Positions 49,701 to 58,379 of a stretch of 64,000 bases of DNA are shown here, in pieces. The stretch's first letter is position 1; each line of letters opens with the position of its first letter. This DNA is from Nitrospirales bacterium (GTDB taxonomy: Bacteria; Nitrospirota; Nitrospiria; Nitrospirales; UBA8639), in the NCBI GenBank assembly GCA_031315865.1, contig JALDRJ010000002.1:701147-765146 (forward strand), written 5' to 3'. The notes below the pieces were generated by a model. The model made no database searches and was not told the DNA's origin. It saw only the letters and a program-made list of their open reading frames with translations. A program made the position numbers and the translations under genes.

Positions 49701-50144
49701 ACTCCCGGCATCCATCCACGCTTTCCACCCCCGGCGCATCAACGGCCCCTTCAGCCGATATGGGCCATACACCCGCCGATGCATCGTGTACCCCTTCAAA
49801 CACATCCGCGGATTGTGCGCAAACGTCCCCCGGTTGCCGTATAAGTCTTCGTACGTCTGATGGTCGTAGTTCTGCTCCACCCGCATCACCACCCCGTTAC
49901 GCACAAAGGCCCGAATCCGGCACGCATGCGTGTCGTTGGGTGAACAACACCACGTAAACGAGGAGTCATACCGATATTGGTCGTGATACACCCGCTCCCA
50001 CGACCGGTCCGGGTACTCGCCCAGGGGGTTGCCCACTTCGACCACCGGCTGCAGCGCCGTCAAGGCCAACGCCTTGTCCGCTAACGCCACCGCCGCCACG
50101 GTCCCCGCGGAGACTTTTAAAAATTGCCGTCTAGATAAAAACAT
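46707..50144 (-). CDS. nxrA: nitrite oxidoreductase alpha subunit (periplasmic molybdopterin subunit)
   Basis: The 1145-aa ORF has GGGAGGTG 6 nt upstream. The Tat signal is MFLSRRQFLKVSAGTVAAVALA. An N-terminal Cys/His cluster (WCCSPNDTHAC) is present, and the body is DMSO-reductase-family. The size matches published Nitrospira NxrA as I recall it. Confidence 0.92.
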   Translation of the reverse strand: MFLSRRQFLKVSAGTVAAVALADKALALTALQPVVEVGNPLGEYPDRSWERVYHDQYRYDSSFTWCCSPNDTHACRIRAFVRNGVVMRVEQNYDHQTYEDLYGNRGTFAHNPRMCLKGYTMHRRVYGPYRLKGPLMRRGWKAWMDAGSPEFTNDVMTMYKFNARYLDDMLRVSWDTAFTYIAKAMIIIAKRYSGEAGARRMREQGYPPEMIEMTKGSAIRCFKFRAGMPILGVIGKMGITRMNGGCGALLDTWVRKVKPNQAQGGRYWSNYTWHGDQNPAHPFWNGVQGSDVDMNDMRFSKLNTSWGKNFVENKMPEAHWKLESIERGARVVVITPEYNPTAYRADYWIPVRPATDGALFLGALKIIFDENMYDYDFCQAYTDMPLLVRTDTLQYLDPREVIKGYQMPDFSQTYSGKVQTLSPAEIARLGGFMVWDTNKNQAVPIHRELVGWHYRNSGIESALTGTYRVKLLSGREVDVMPIFQMYQAHLQDYDLDTVHQINRAPKDLIVRWARDAGTVKPHAIHNGEGTNHYFHQTIIARGAAMVLIVTGNVGKFGTGQHTWAGNYKAGIWNSTPWGGGGLGTHTGEDPFKITTDPNVHGKEIHVRGYYYGEEVGYWNHGDTALIVNTPKYGRRVFTGKTHMPTPSKFRWVANVNVLNNAKHHYDMVKNVDPHIETLVTQDVEMTSDVNHNDVAMGVNTWMEFTYPEHTATVSNPWFQVWKGGIRPLYDTRNDLDTVAGVAAKLTEMTGDGRFRDYFKFVYDNRVDVYLQRLLDASTTGYGYSVDTMLKSEKGWMVMCRTYPRHPFWEETNESKPQWTRTGRYENYRIEPECIEYGENFISHREGTEATPYLPNAIMTTNPYVRPDDYGIPITAQHHDDKTVRNIALPWQEIKRYSNPLWEKGYQFYCVTPKTRHRVHSQWSVNDWVQMYESNFGDPYRMDKRTPGVGEHQLHMNPQAAKDRGINDGDYVYVDGNPVDRPYRGWKPSDPYYKVARLMIRAKYNPAYPYHVTMAKHAPYVSTAKSVKGHETRPDGRAIAMDTGYQSNFRYGAQQSFTRDWLMPIHQLDSLPGKHAVAWKFKFGYQVDNHAINTVPKECLMRITKAEDGGIGGRGPWEPVRTGFTPGQENEFMIKWLKGDHIKIKV

Positions 50145-50201
50145 GAAAACACCTCCCTACGTTAATAATGAGAGATTAAATAACTGTCTTTCACAAAAAC
50201 G

Positions 50202-50218
50202 AGCAGGGTGTATACCTG
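50202..50218 (-). promoter_or_regulatory. candidate sigma54 -24/-12 element (proximal)
   Basis: The minus strand reads CAGGTATACACCCTGCT, giving GG-N10-GC spacing. It lies about 60-75 nt upstream of the nxrA ATG. The match to TGGCAC-N5-TTGCW is weak. Confidence 0.25.
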
Positions 50219-50322
50219 CCTTGGTGAAATACCCTCCTTTTTGATTTAAAAAGTGGATTGATATTTTCATCTGATAACGTTGCCAATACTTTTCACTGAT
50301 TTCTCAATCTGAAACAGTGAAA

Positions 50323-50340
50323 AAGCAAGTGACATACCTT
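50323..50340 (-). promoter_or_regulatory. candidate sigma54 -24/-12 element (distal)
   Basis: The minus strand reads AAGGTATGTCACTTGCTT. It has GG-N10-GC spacing and a perfect -12 TTGCT. It lies about 180 nt upstream of the nxrA ATG. Confidence 0.3.
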
Positions 50341-50591
50341 GTTCAGCGTAAACTTACGGTGACAACAGAAAACACATAAATACTTAAAAACAAATGAGTT
50401 TTTTAATTACCACGGAGAGACAGACATCAAAATCCACGACATCAATTCGATATTTCACGGAAAATCAATGAAGTCATAGAAATTTCAATGGACCGATTGG
50501 CCTAATTTAATGCAAAAACACTAGGGTCAAGACACTAAAAAAGACAGGAAGTTACCGAAACATCACGGGAACCCTTGAAAACTTGCGGCCT

Positions 50592-52235
50592 TTAGCACAA
50601 TGAAAGAAGCGTGGAGAGATAGTCGTACGAAAAATAGTTGGAGGTGAAAAAAAGCGGTGAGAATGCTCTATCCTTTTGACGCTGAATACCAAGCTTCTTT
50701 AAACGAGACCGAAGAGTGCTTGGGTTTAGCCCAACGAGTTTCGCAGCCCCTTTTGGCCCATCGATCCGCCAATTGGTCTGCTCGAGAACTTCAAGGATTT
50801 TATGCTTTTCGACATCACGGAGCGTATGCCCCCCATTCTGGGCCGATGAGCGGACTTCAGAAGAAGAATCCAGCGTGCAAAAATGATGATGCTCAACCTT
50901 CAAGTCCGAGCCATCAGAAAGAATTGCCGCACGCTGAATCACATTTTGTAATTCCCGAACATTTCCCGGCCAGGAATAAGCCATCAATCGCTCAAGAGAC
51001 TGTTCGCTCATCCGTCGGCAAGGGAGTGAAAACTTGGCACAGACCCGGTCAAGAAAGTGCTGAGCAAGAAGAGAAATATCCGTCGGTCGATCACGAAGGG
51101 GTGGAAGCGCGATCGGGAACACATGAAGGCGGTAAAATAGATCCATACGAAATTGACCACTGCTGACCGCGTGCTTCAGGTCCGAATTCGTCGCGGCAAC
51201 AATCCGAACATCGACGGGGATCGATTCTTTTCCACCGAGTCGATCGACCTGCCCATCCTGCAAGACACGCAGCAGTTTGGATTGAGTCGCTTGCGGCATT
51301 TCTCCGATCTCATCGAGAAAGAGCGTTCCGCCATTGGCCAGTTCGAATCGACCCAGCTTGAGCTCATCCGCTCCGGTAAACGCTCCCCGTTCATGACCAA
51401 ATAATTCACTCTCGACGAGGCCTGACGGTAAACCGGCACAATTAATCGCGATAAAAGGCCGATGCCTCCGCGGACTCTGATCATGAATATAGCGAGCCAA
51501 GAGCTCCTTCCCTGTCCCCGTTTCGCCAGTAATGAGCACGCTGGAATCAGTAGGAGCTACAGATTTTGCGAGGCTTTGCACCTTCTTCAAGCCCTTACTC
51601 TGACCAACCATCCCTCCAATCGCATCAGGTTTCTCTAACTTCTCCCGACTCACGTGAAGACCTGAATCTTCCGAAACCGTATTACTGACCTCTAATTGAT
51701 GATGGACTAATTCATTATTCACAAGGAGGCCAAGCAGGGTCGCAATCTGCTCGAGAAACGCGATTTCATCCCCGGCGCGGTTACCAGCATCGATTCTGCC
51801 GACATTTAAGGTCCCCAAGCATCGATCCCCAATCAGCAATGGAAGGGTGACCATGGAATTCAGGCCTTCTTTCACGTAGGAATAATCTTCGACATACTCC
51901 AGCCGAGCTCGCAGGTCCGAACGAATGAGTGATTGTCGGTGCTCGTAGACCCAGCCCAGCGCACTTCCCTTGCGATGAATCAACGAATCGGCCCGCAAAA
52001 CCAATTCTTCCGAAAGTTTGCTTTCGACGGCATAAAATTGAAAAGAGTCCAGCTCAGGCAGAAAAAGGGTGATTTCAACTTTGTCCCAGGCGACGACATC
52101 GTCAATGTGCCTCACAAGGTCCTGCAAACAATTTTCAAGGTCTAAACGAAGGCTCAGAATTTTGGTAACTTTTGATAGAGCATGGTAGTAATGTGCCGGC
52201 ATAATGTCTTTCACCATAAGTTGTTCGAGCACCAT
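50592..52235 (-). CDS. GAF-domain sigma54-dependent transcriptional activator (NifA/FhlA-like), directly upstream of nxrA
   Basis: It has an N-terminal GAF-like region. The AAA+ domain has GETGTGKE and ESELFGHERGAFTGA. The C-terminal HTH reads AAKLVGLNPSTLRSRLKKLGI. Confidence 0.88.
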   Translation of the reverse strand: MVLEQLMVKDIMPAHYYHALSKVTKILSLRLDLENCLQDLVRHIDDVVAWDKVEITLFLPELDSFQFYAVESKLSEELVLRADSLIHRKGSALGWVYEHRQSLIRSDLRARLEYVEDYSYVKEGLNSMVTLPLLIGDRCLGTLNVGRIDAGNRAGDEIAFLEQIATLLGLLVNNELVHHQLEVSNTVSEDSGLHVSREKLEKPDAIGGMVGQSKGLKKVQSLAKSVAPTDSSVLITGETGTGKELLARYIHDQSPRRHRPFIAINCAGLPSGLVESELFGHERGAFTGADELKLGRFELANGGTLFLDEIGEMPQATQSKLLRVLQDGQVDRLGGKESIPVDVRIVAATNSDLKHAVSSGQFRMDLFYRLHVFPIALPPLRDRPTDISLLAQHFLDRVCAKFSLPCRRMSEQSLERLMAYSWPGNVRELQNVIQRAAILSDGSDLKVEHHHFCTLDSSSEVRSSAQNGGHTLRDVEKHKILEVLEQTNWRIDGPKGAAKLVGLNPSTLRSRLKKLGIQRQKDRAFSPLFFTSNYFSYDYLSTLLSLC

Positions 52236-52771
52236 TCCTGATTGTTAAAAAGTATTAAAGGATATGACATCGTTGATCACACGATCGGCATGAATTACGA
52301 GTGTTTCCTTTACCAAATACTCTCAAGCCAAGCAATTCCAGGGCCACAAAACCATTTCAGGTCCGACAGAGAACATGTCATAAAAAAAGCCATTGCATGA
52401 ACAAACAGCAAGAGCTTTCTCTTTCTAACATCTCGACTATGTAGGCTAAGATCCTCCTCTTATGCCTCTTATTTATACTATACAGGTGTTCCCTTTAATA
52501 AAGCGAGTTCAAGCGCTCATTCTGAAACCAAGTGCCGTCCGCTCATCATTAAACAACAGGCCTAGAAAAAATACAAGACCGTGCGATTTCGAACAGATTT
52601 TCTCGTGCAAACATGCACAACATCACTCTCAAGACCGTTCAATCTTCCTGCATGTCATCTTTACCATTACCATCTCCATGATCAAATGGCAGACATCCCG
52701 AAATCGGGCCCCGAGACCGAAACTGTCAACCAATGACGTTCCATGCTACACTACGACTCAGTATTTTCACT

Positions 52772-53170
52772 ATGACAACCTCTGCCGATAAACCCAATAT
52801 CTATCAACTCTCTGGACTCGATGATCGAGAACGCGGATTCACTCGACAGGTCGAAAGTCGCTTGCTGGATGGAACGTATCATGTTGTGCTGCGGTATGAA
52901 CGGATGAGGTTCGATGAAGAGTCCTTGACCGATGAAAATTCAGCCCTCCAACGTTTGATCAAGACCCTGCAAAAACTGGGATATACCCAGCTTCGTTCCC
53001 AGTTAATCTTTCAGGGCGAGGCCTACTTGGGGACCCAAGAACTCTGGATTGAGTATCCAGATGACCAACCGGAAGCAGAAGATAAACTTTCAGTGTTCGA
53101 GCGTATAAACCGATGGCTCAACAAAGAAAAAAGCCAAAAGCCAAGGAATCGTTTCCTTGGTCAGTGTTAA
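52772..53170 (+). CDS. hypothetical protein
   Basis: This is the track ORF 52733..53170. I prefer the internal MTTSADK start. No motif was recognised. Confidence 0.45.
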   Translation: MTTSADKPNIYQLSGLDDRERGFTRQVESRLLDGTYHVVLRYERMRFDEESLTDENSALQRLIKTLQKLGYTQLRSQLIFQGEAYLGTQELWIEYPDDQPEAEDKLSVFERINRWLNKEKSQKPRNRFLGQC

Positions 53171-53213
53171 TCATCACTCTTGACCACCATTTCCGAATGA
53201 TCGAGAAAGGGAA

Positions 53214-54551
53214 TTACGACGACGCAGCCTGACACTCTAGAGTCGCTTGAGCATCTCCTGCCTGCGGAGCCGAGGGGTAGTAGGAAATAATTCGACGGGG
53301 ATTCAAATAATCCCGAATTTCCGGGGAGAGTTCCCGGGGCCGGATCGCTTCTTTAATGGCAATCTCTTGTTCGCGGGCCAAATCCAGGATCATCGCCTCG
53401 TCTTTTGGTATATCGGGAGAATACACCATAACGATGGGGCGAAGGCGCGTCTCCATGTTCACGCTCGTCACGAGACCAATCGACCCATTCGTCAACGCCA
53501 CCAATGATCCGGGAGGATAGACGCCTAACTGACGAATCAACGTCACGACAGCCTCTCCCCACAACGTCGAACGCTCTTTCGTATAGAGCATTGATAGCGC
53601 CTCTGAAGGAGTCAGACTTTTGTGTGGATCCGGATTATTACACAATTCATCATAGGCATCGGCTACCATCACGATTTTGGCATACTGGGTAATCCCGCCC
53701 TCTTTCAACCCCAACGGATATCCGGTTCCATTCAACCGCTCATGATGTTGCAGGACGATATCCAAACACTCATGAGGAAAAGATGGAAACGCCGTGAGCG
53801 TCTCTTTTCCGTAACGTGGGTGTTTTTTTAGGATAGCCTTGGTTTCGGCAGATGCGGTTCTGGACTTTCTCAACAACATTTCCGCGGAGTACTTGAGTTC
53901 ACCAATATCATGCAGCATCGCTCCCATCGCGATTTTTTCTATTTCGTGACGTTTCAGGCCCAGATCACGGGCGATGAGGATTGCCAGCGTGCACACATTG
54001 AGAGCATGGAGAAGAAACTCTTCCCCGGTATCATTCGATCCCATAAGGTTCATCAGAGCTCGTGACGTGTTATTATCGACCAGAATATCGTTGAGTGAAC
54101 CAATCATCTTTTTGGCGGTGGCCAAACCACGAGGCGAGCCGGAGCTCAGGTCTTGCAGCATGACCTTGCCTTCACGCAGGACCTCTTTATAATCGGCCTC
54201 AACTTTTCGAAGTTGTTCTTGGTAGTTTTGATAATCCTTCTGGAGTTCGATTTTGTGTTGAACCAGTTCTTCTTGCGCTGCGGCTTCATCCGCCGATGTT
54301 ACGTCCTGGCCTCTTTGCAGACTGGCCGTCTCGCCTTCCAGGCCGGCTTCATCTTCCTCAAGCCCTTCAGGGTCTGATCTGTCAGGATCGAAGAGAAGTG
54401 TCACATTTTTGAGACTCTTCAACGTTTCAAGTTCCTTGTGATACCGAACCTTGAACGTATTCGTCGGGAATGGATGACTAAACCACGAACCCTCGATTTT
54501 GATGTATAGGCCTATCCGTAGATCGTTCGTAGTGATTTCTTCAAATGCCAT
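53214..54551 (-). CDS. DUF3391 plus HD-GYP domain protein (putative c-di-GMP phosphodiesterase)
   Basis: The N-terminus reads L.IGLYIKIEGSWFSHPF. The HD motif is LHDIGE. The GYP motif is HHERLNGTGYP. Confidence 0.85.
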   Translation of the reverse strand: MAFEEITTNDLRIGLYIKIEGSWFSHPFPTNTFKVRYHKELETLKSLKNVTLLFDPDRSDPEGLEEDEAGLEGETASLQRGQDVTSADEAAAQEELVQHKIELQKDYQNYQEQLRKVEADYKEVLREGKVMLQDLSSGSPRGLATAKKMIGSLNDILVDNNTSRALMNLMGSNDTGEEFLLHALNVCTLAILIARDLGLKRHEIEKIAMGAMLHDIGELKYSAEMLLRKSRTASAETKAILKKHPRYGKETLTAFPSFPHECLDIVLQHHERLNGTGYPLGLKEGGITQYAKIVMVADAYDELCNNPDPHKSLTPSEALSMLYTKERSTLWGEAVVTLIRQLGVYPPGSLVALTNGSIGLVTSVNMETRLRPIVMVYSPDIPKDEAMILDLAREQEIAIKEAIRPRELSPEIRDYLNPRRIISYYPSAPQAGDAQATLECQAASS

Positions 54552-54588
54552 TCTCAGATCTTTCGGGCTATGTCCATTTCATGCTTCG

Positions 54589-55131
54589 TTACCGACCGTT
54601 TCGACTGGCCACTTTTTCCAGGCCATAGAATCCCCTAGACCCATCAAAAAAGGCTCCCTCAAGGATTGCGCCCTTGACAGTCGTGCCTGACAGATCCGCT
54701 CGTTGAAACTGTGCGTTCATCAGATTCGCCTCCGAGAAGTCCATGTCACGAAGGTCCGCATCTTGAAAATTCGTTTCGGTACAATTGGCGTATTTGGCGT
54801 GAGCCATGAGAAAGAGGGCATGGGAACAATCAGCTCGAGCTAAACACGCACGTTCCAAAAATGCCCCAATAAAATGCGCCCCTTCGCATTGCACGCCGGA
54901 AAGATTCGCGCCCTCCAGATTCGCCCCAAACAAAAACGCCTGCGACAAATTCGCACCACTCAAGTCCGCCCCGTGAAGATTCGCTCCGGTCAAGATGATG
55001 GCTTGCAGATCTCGCCCGCGCAGGTCCACGCCACAGAGGTCCGGACGAATCTGTGGGCACGCTTCCCGCCAGGTGTTCCAGGCGGAAAGTCCGTCTTCAA
55101 GAAGACATTGAAGATGTCGTGAATTGGCCAT
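54589..55131 (-). CDS. pentapeptide-repeat protein
   Basis: It contains tandem A(D/N)LxG repeats, for example ANLHGADLSGANLSQAFLFGANLEGANLSG. Confidence 0.8.
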   Translation of the reverse strand: MANSRHLQCLLEDGLSAWNTWREACPQIRPDLCGVDLRGRDLQAIILTGANLHGADLSGANLSQAFLFGANLEGANLSGVQCEGAHFIGAFLERACLARADCSHALFLMAHAKYANCTETNFQDADLRDMDFSEANLMNAQFQRADLSGTTVKGAILEGAFFDGSRGFYGLEKVASRNGR

Positions 55132-55350
55132 GTAACTTCTTCTTCCTCACCCCTCATGACGAACAATTGCAGCCGATTTCTTGAGCGTGTACCGGACGGA
55201 CACATACAGGCATCATTCACGCCCTCATGATAAAAACATGCAGCGTCCCTTTTGGAATCTCCGATGCCATGCGTGGCCTTTCGATCGTTCCGATGGGAAA
55301 ATCCAGCAATTCGTGGGTTGAATCGGACTCCCTCCCGTCCGCAATGACCA

Positions 55351-55707
55351 TTACTTCGAGAAGCTCGCGAATGATGTTCGTGAAGAGACGGCGTCATCAA
55401 CCGTCGCGTACACCTTGATCAGGTTTCCAAGATTTGCCAATGAAAAGATTTTCCGAACATAATCTTGAGGTTCGGCAACAACGAGGCGAATTTTGGCGGC
55501 TTCCAAATTCTTATAAGCCACGGTCAGAAGGCCCAAGGCAGCACTATCGATAAAAGAAACGTCTTTCAGGTGGGCCACGATTAGGTGGACGCCGGTAGCC
55601 TTGGCTTTTTCCACCGCAGCCTGAAAGTCGTGGCGTGCATTAAAGTCCAAACGGCCAACCAATGACAAAATCGCGGCATTATCACGCGTTGTTTGAGTGA
55701 TCATCAT
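55351..55707 (-). CDS. STAS-domain anti-sigma-factor antagonist-like protein
   Basis: The 118-aa ORF contains L.GRLD.......F and VSFIDSAALGLL, which includes the conserved Ser. Confidence 0.8.
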   Translation of the reverse strand: MMITQTTRDNAAILSLVGRLDFNARHDFQAAVEKAKATGVHLIVAHLKDVSFIDSAALGLLTVAYKNLEAAKIRLVVAEPQDYVRKIFSLANLGNLIKVYATVDDAVSSRTSFASFSK

Positions 55708-55989
55708 GTTCGTTCTCCTCCTTGAAGGCTCATCACCATAGCGTCAATCCAATCCCCTCGTTCCAGTCTGCGTTGACTTCGTCTCTCTCGCAGCATTTCA
55801 CGTTTACTCGTTCATTAGGCAGTTATGAATGTGAATTCGAGAAACCCAGCGTCATCAACTTGCTGGTCTTAGGTCACCAGCACGCTAAGGCAAGGCAGGA
55901 TAGACAACTGCACCTGTACGGGCGCCAGGCTAGGCAGCCCACATCTTTTCGGGGCCCTATGAAGAATATCGGTGAATACAGTCGGAATC

Positions 55990-56727
55990 TTAAGGGATCT
56001 CAGAGGAAGTATTTTCGAGGAGGGCTTGGAGGTGTTTCCTGAGTTCACCCAGCTCCTTGGATTTAAAGGCTCCTTTGGTACGCTGAAGAACTTGGATCGT
56101 CTCGTAGAGTCCTTCTCGAAGACGAAAATAGTCCGAAATCGACGGTTGAGTCGAGACCATACTTGAATCAATGAGTTCAGCCAAATCCGCGACTTGCCGT
56201 TGCAACTCCATGACATGCGGATCAGCCACCAACGCTTGCTCCACCTGAACATCCTGGACCGCATCACCCAGCATGCTTAACGTATTTTCGATCGCGGCCA
56301 AGCGTTTGGTCCGCCGTTCCGCTTCTTGCTTGGCCGCACGGATGGTTCGGAGCACCTGCTTCTGACGAACTCCTCGTTTGACAGCATCAAGCAACATGGG
56401 AAACGGCACGGGTTTGATCATATATTCCAGCACGTGTAATCGTACGGACTCCACCGCTGAGGGCACGGACGGATAACCGGTCAGGACGATCACCGGAAGC
56501 GTCTTGGCTTGCATACGAACTTCATCGACCATTTCCAGCACCCGATTCCCTGGCATGTTGAGATCTGTGATGAGTAAATCGAACTCCAGTGCTGTCAACG
56601 ATTCACAGATTTCTTCGGCATTCCGAACCTTATGACAAGCAAATCCCTCGTTCTCGAGTAATTCTCCCGTTGCTTCTAGAAAGATTTCTTCATCATCTGC
56701 GAGCAAAAGATTCCCTTGAGAGACCAT
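55990..56727 (-). CDS. response regulator with a helical C-terminal domain of unknown type
   Basis: AAGGAGG lies 7 nt upstream of the ATG at 56727. The REC domain has LLADDEE, LLITDLNMPG and IVLTGYP. No DNA-binding or enzymatic output domain was recognised. Confidence 0.75.
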   Translation of the reverse strand: MVSQGNLLLADDEEIFLEATGELLENEGFACHKVRNAEEICESLTALEFDLLITDLNMPGNRVLEMVDEVRMQAKTLPVIVLTGYPSVPSAVESVRLHVLEYMIKPVPFPMLLDAVKRGVRQKQVLRTIRAAKQEAERRTKRLAAIENTLSMLGDAVQDVQVEQALVADPHVMELQRQVADLAELIDSSMVSTQPSISDYFRLREGLYETIQVLQRTKGAFKSKELGELRKHLQALLENTSSEIP

Positions 56728-56808
56728 CGTAACGCCCTCCTTGTTCAGGATACCTTTGATTAAGGAAGCATCGTACCACACCCCCATTGCCCTTGGCCTG
56801 GATCATGG

Positions 56809-57945
56809 CTATAACAGGCCCGCTTGTTGTCTCAGTAATTGTACGCAAAACGTGGTGCCTTCCCCTTCATAACTGGTAAAGCTCACCGTGCCACCCATCG
56901 ATTCGATCAGACTCCGAGAAACCGCCAGCCCAAGCCCCATTCCGCTCTCAGTATCTCCATATTTGGTCGTAAAGAATGGTTCAAAAATACGAGCCTGCTG
57001 ATCTTTCGGAATGCCTCGTCCATGATCGTGAATAGAGATCGTCACCGTTTCCTCATCAGCCGTGATGTCCATGAAGACCGTTTGCCCAGCCACGGAAGCC
57101 TCGATCGCATTTTGCGTGATATTACACAGGACTTGAATCAAACCCGTTTTGGGGTACTGCGCATACACCCGGGACTTCGACCACCGGCACGCGATGGTGA
57201 CTCCGTGAGTTTGAGCCAAGGTGGTCATAATACTCTTCGTACTCGTCAGAAGTTCAACGAGGTTGACTTTTTCCTGTTTTCCAGTCTCCGGACGATAGAG
57301 CTGGTATAACTGTTTGACGATTTGCGAAATCCGTTCGATACAGTCATCGATTTTCTGCGCGTAGTGAAAATGTCGATGTTGGGGCGGCACCGCCTGCTTG
57401 AGCAAGGCCATGGATTGCGCGATGCTCGCTAAGGGATTGTTGATCTCATGAGCCACGCCAGCCGCGACCTGAGCCAATGCCGCGAGCTTTTCCACTTGCA
57501 TCCGTCGTTGTTCAAGCTCTTGAATACGTTCGCTTCGCCGCTCTACTTCAGCTTCAAGCCCTTCCGTATATCGTTTCAGTTCCTCTTCCAAACGCTTTTG
57601 TTCAGTCACATCTTGCCCGACATAGGCAAATTGTGGCTTGCCTTCTTCGGACATCCCGATAAACGACACGGTTATCGACAGCCAGTGCTGCCGGTCATCG
57701 CGAACATGTTGGGACTCAAAGTGTACAGGTGTCCCGGTCCGTTGACTCTTTCGGTAGGCCCTCAACCACATCTGACGTCTCGCCTCCGTCCCGCCAAGAC
57801 CCGGGACATACCGTCCATGTAAATCAGCCACATTTAAGCCAAAAAACTTCCCGGTGGCGAAATTGTCAGAAAGATGTCGAATATCTTCACCATCGATTTC
57901 AGCCATACCCATCATGAACGGCACACTGTCGAAAAAACTTTGCAA
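56809..57945 (-). CDS. PAS-HisKA-HATPase histidine kinase (3' fragment of a disrupted larger gene?)
   Basis: The H-box is AHEINNPL. The ATPase domain has HDHGRGI and GMGLGLA. The track start is a TTG, and the frame remains open a further 30 codons upstream, encoding a canonical PAS-end/linker sequence. Confidence 0.75.
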   Translation of the reverse strand: MQSFFDSVPFMMGMAEIDGEDIRHLSDNFATGKFFGLNVADLHGRYVPGLGGTEARRQMWLRAYRKSQRTGTPVHFESQHVRDDRQHWLSITVSFIGMSEEGKPQFAYVGQDVTEQKRLEEELKRYTEGLEAEVERRSERIQELEQRRMQVEKLAALAQVAAGVAHEINNPLASIAQSMALLKQAVPPQHRHFHYAQKIDDCIERISQIVKQLYQLYRPETGKQEKVNLVELLTSTKSIMTTLAQTHGVTIACRWSKSRVYAQYPKTGLIQVLCNITQNAIEASVAGQTVFMDITADEETVTISIHDHGRGIPKDQQARIFEPFFTTKYGDTESGMGLGLAVSRSLIESMGGTVSFTSYEGEGTTFCVQLLRQQAGLL

Positions 57946-57962
57946 AGCCGCCTTCCCTGACT

Positions 57963-58346
57963 TTAATTCTGCTGCTGTTCGTATGTGACGGGAAATATCG
58001 AGATATTCCGCACACGATACAGGAGCTTCCCATGTCTATCTTTGACGACCGAGACCATCACCAGCGAGAGAAACGTCGTTCCATCTTTTCGAAGGTTGGT
58101 CGATTCGTACGAAAGATGTCCATGCCTGTGGACTCGCCTGATGACCTCCGGTAATTCCATCCTCGACTCTTCGGTCAATACCGAGGCCATCGGCTTTCCT
58201 ATCAATTCATCTGGTGCATAGCCATGCATCCTGGCATAGGCGGGATTCACCATACCAATTCCTGCGTTTTCGAATATCGCGTGAAAACGCTTGGCACTGC
58301 CCTCACGCGCGATTCCTGCACCTTGACGCTCAGCCACGTCCACCAC
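57963..58346 (-). pseudogene. PAS-domain fragment (middle piece of a disrupted sensor kinase)
   Basis: The PAS N-cap FHAIFENAGIGM runs straight into VNPAYARMHGY, so the usual ~10-15 residues are missing. It is in the same frame as the upstream ORF but separated from it by two TGA codons. It is frameshifted relative to the downstream kinase ORF. Confidence 0.5.
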
Positions 58347-58379
58347 GGTTGATCAAGACTTCACAAATCTCCTTTGGCC

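Noticed and set aside
46626-49844. Long plus-strand ORFs run antisense to nxrA and nxrB: 46626-48113 (495 aa), 49188-49844 (218 aa), 45203-45715 (170 aa), 45986-46444 (152 aa) and others.
   Set aside because: Their translations are P/R/H-rich and low-complexity. The 495-aa ORF, the one I checked, is codon-aligned antisense to nxrA. Because nearly every sense codon ends in G, the antisense codons start with C and can never be stop codons. These ORFs are a by-product of the codon bias, not genes.
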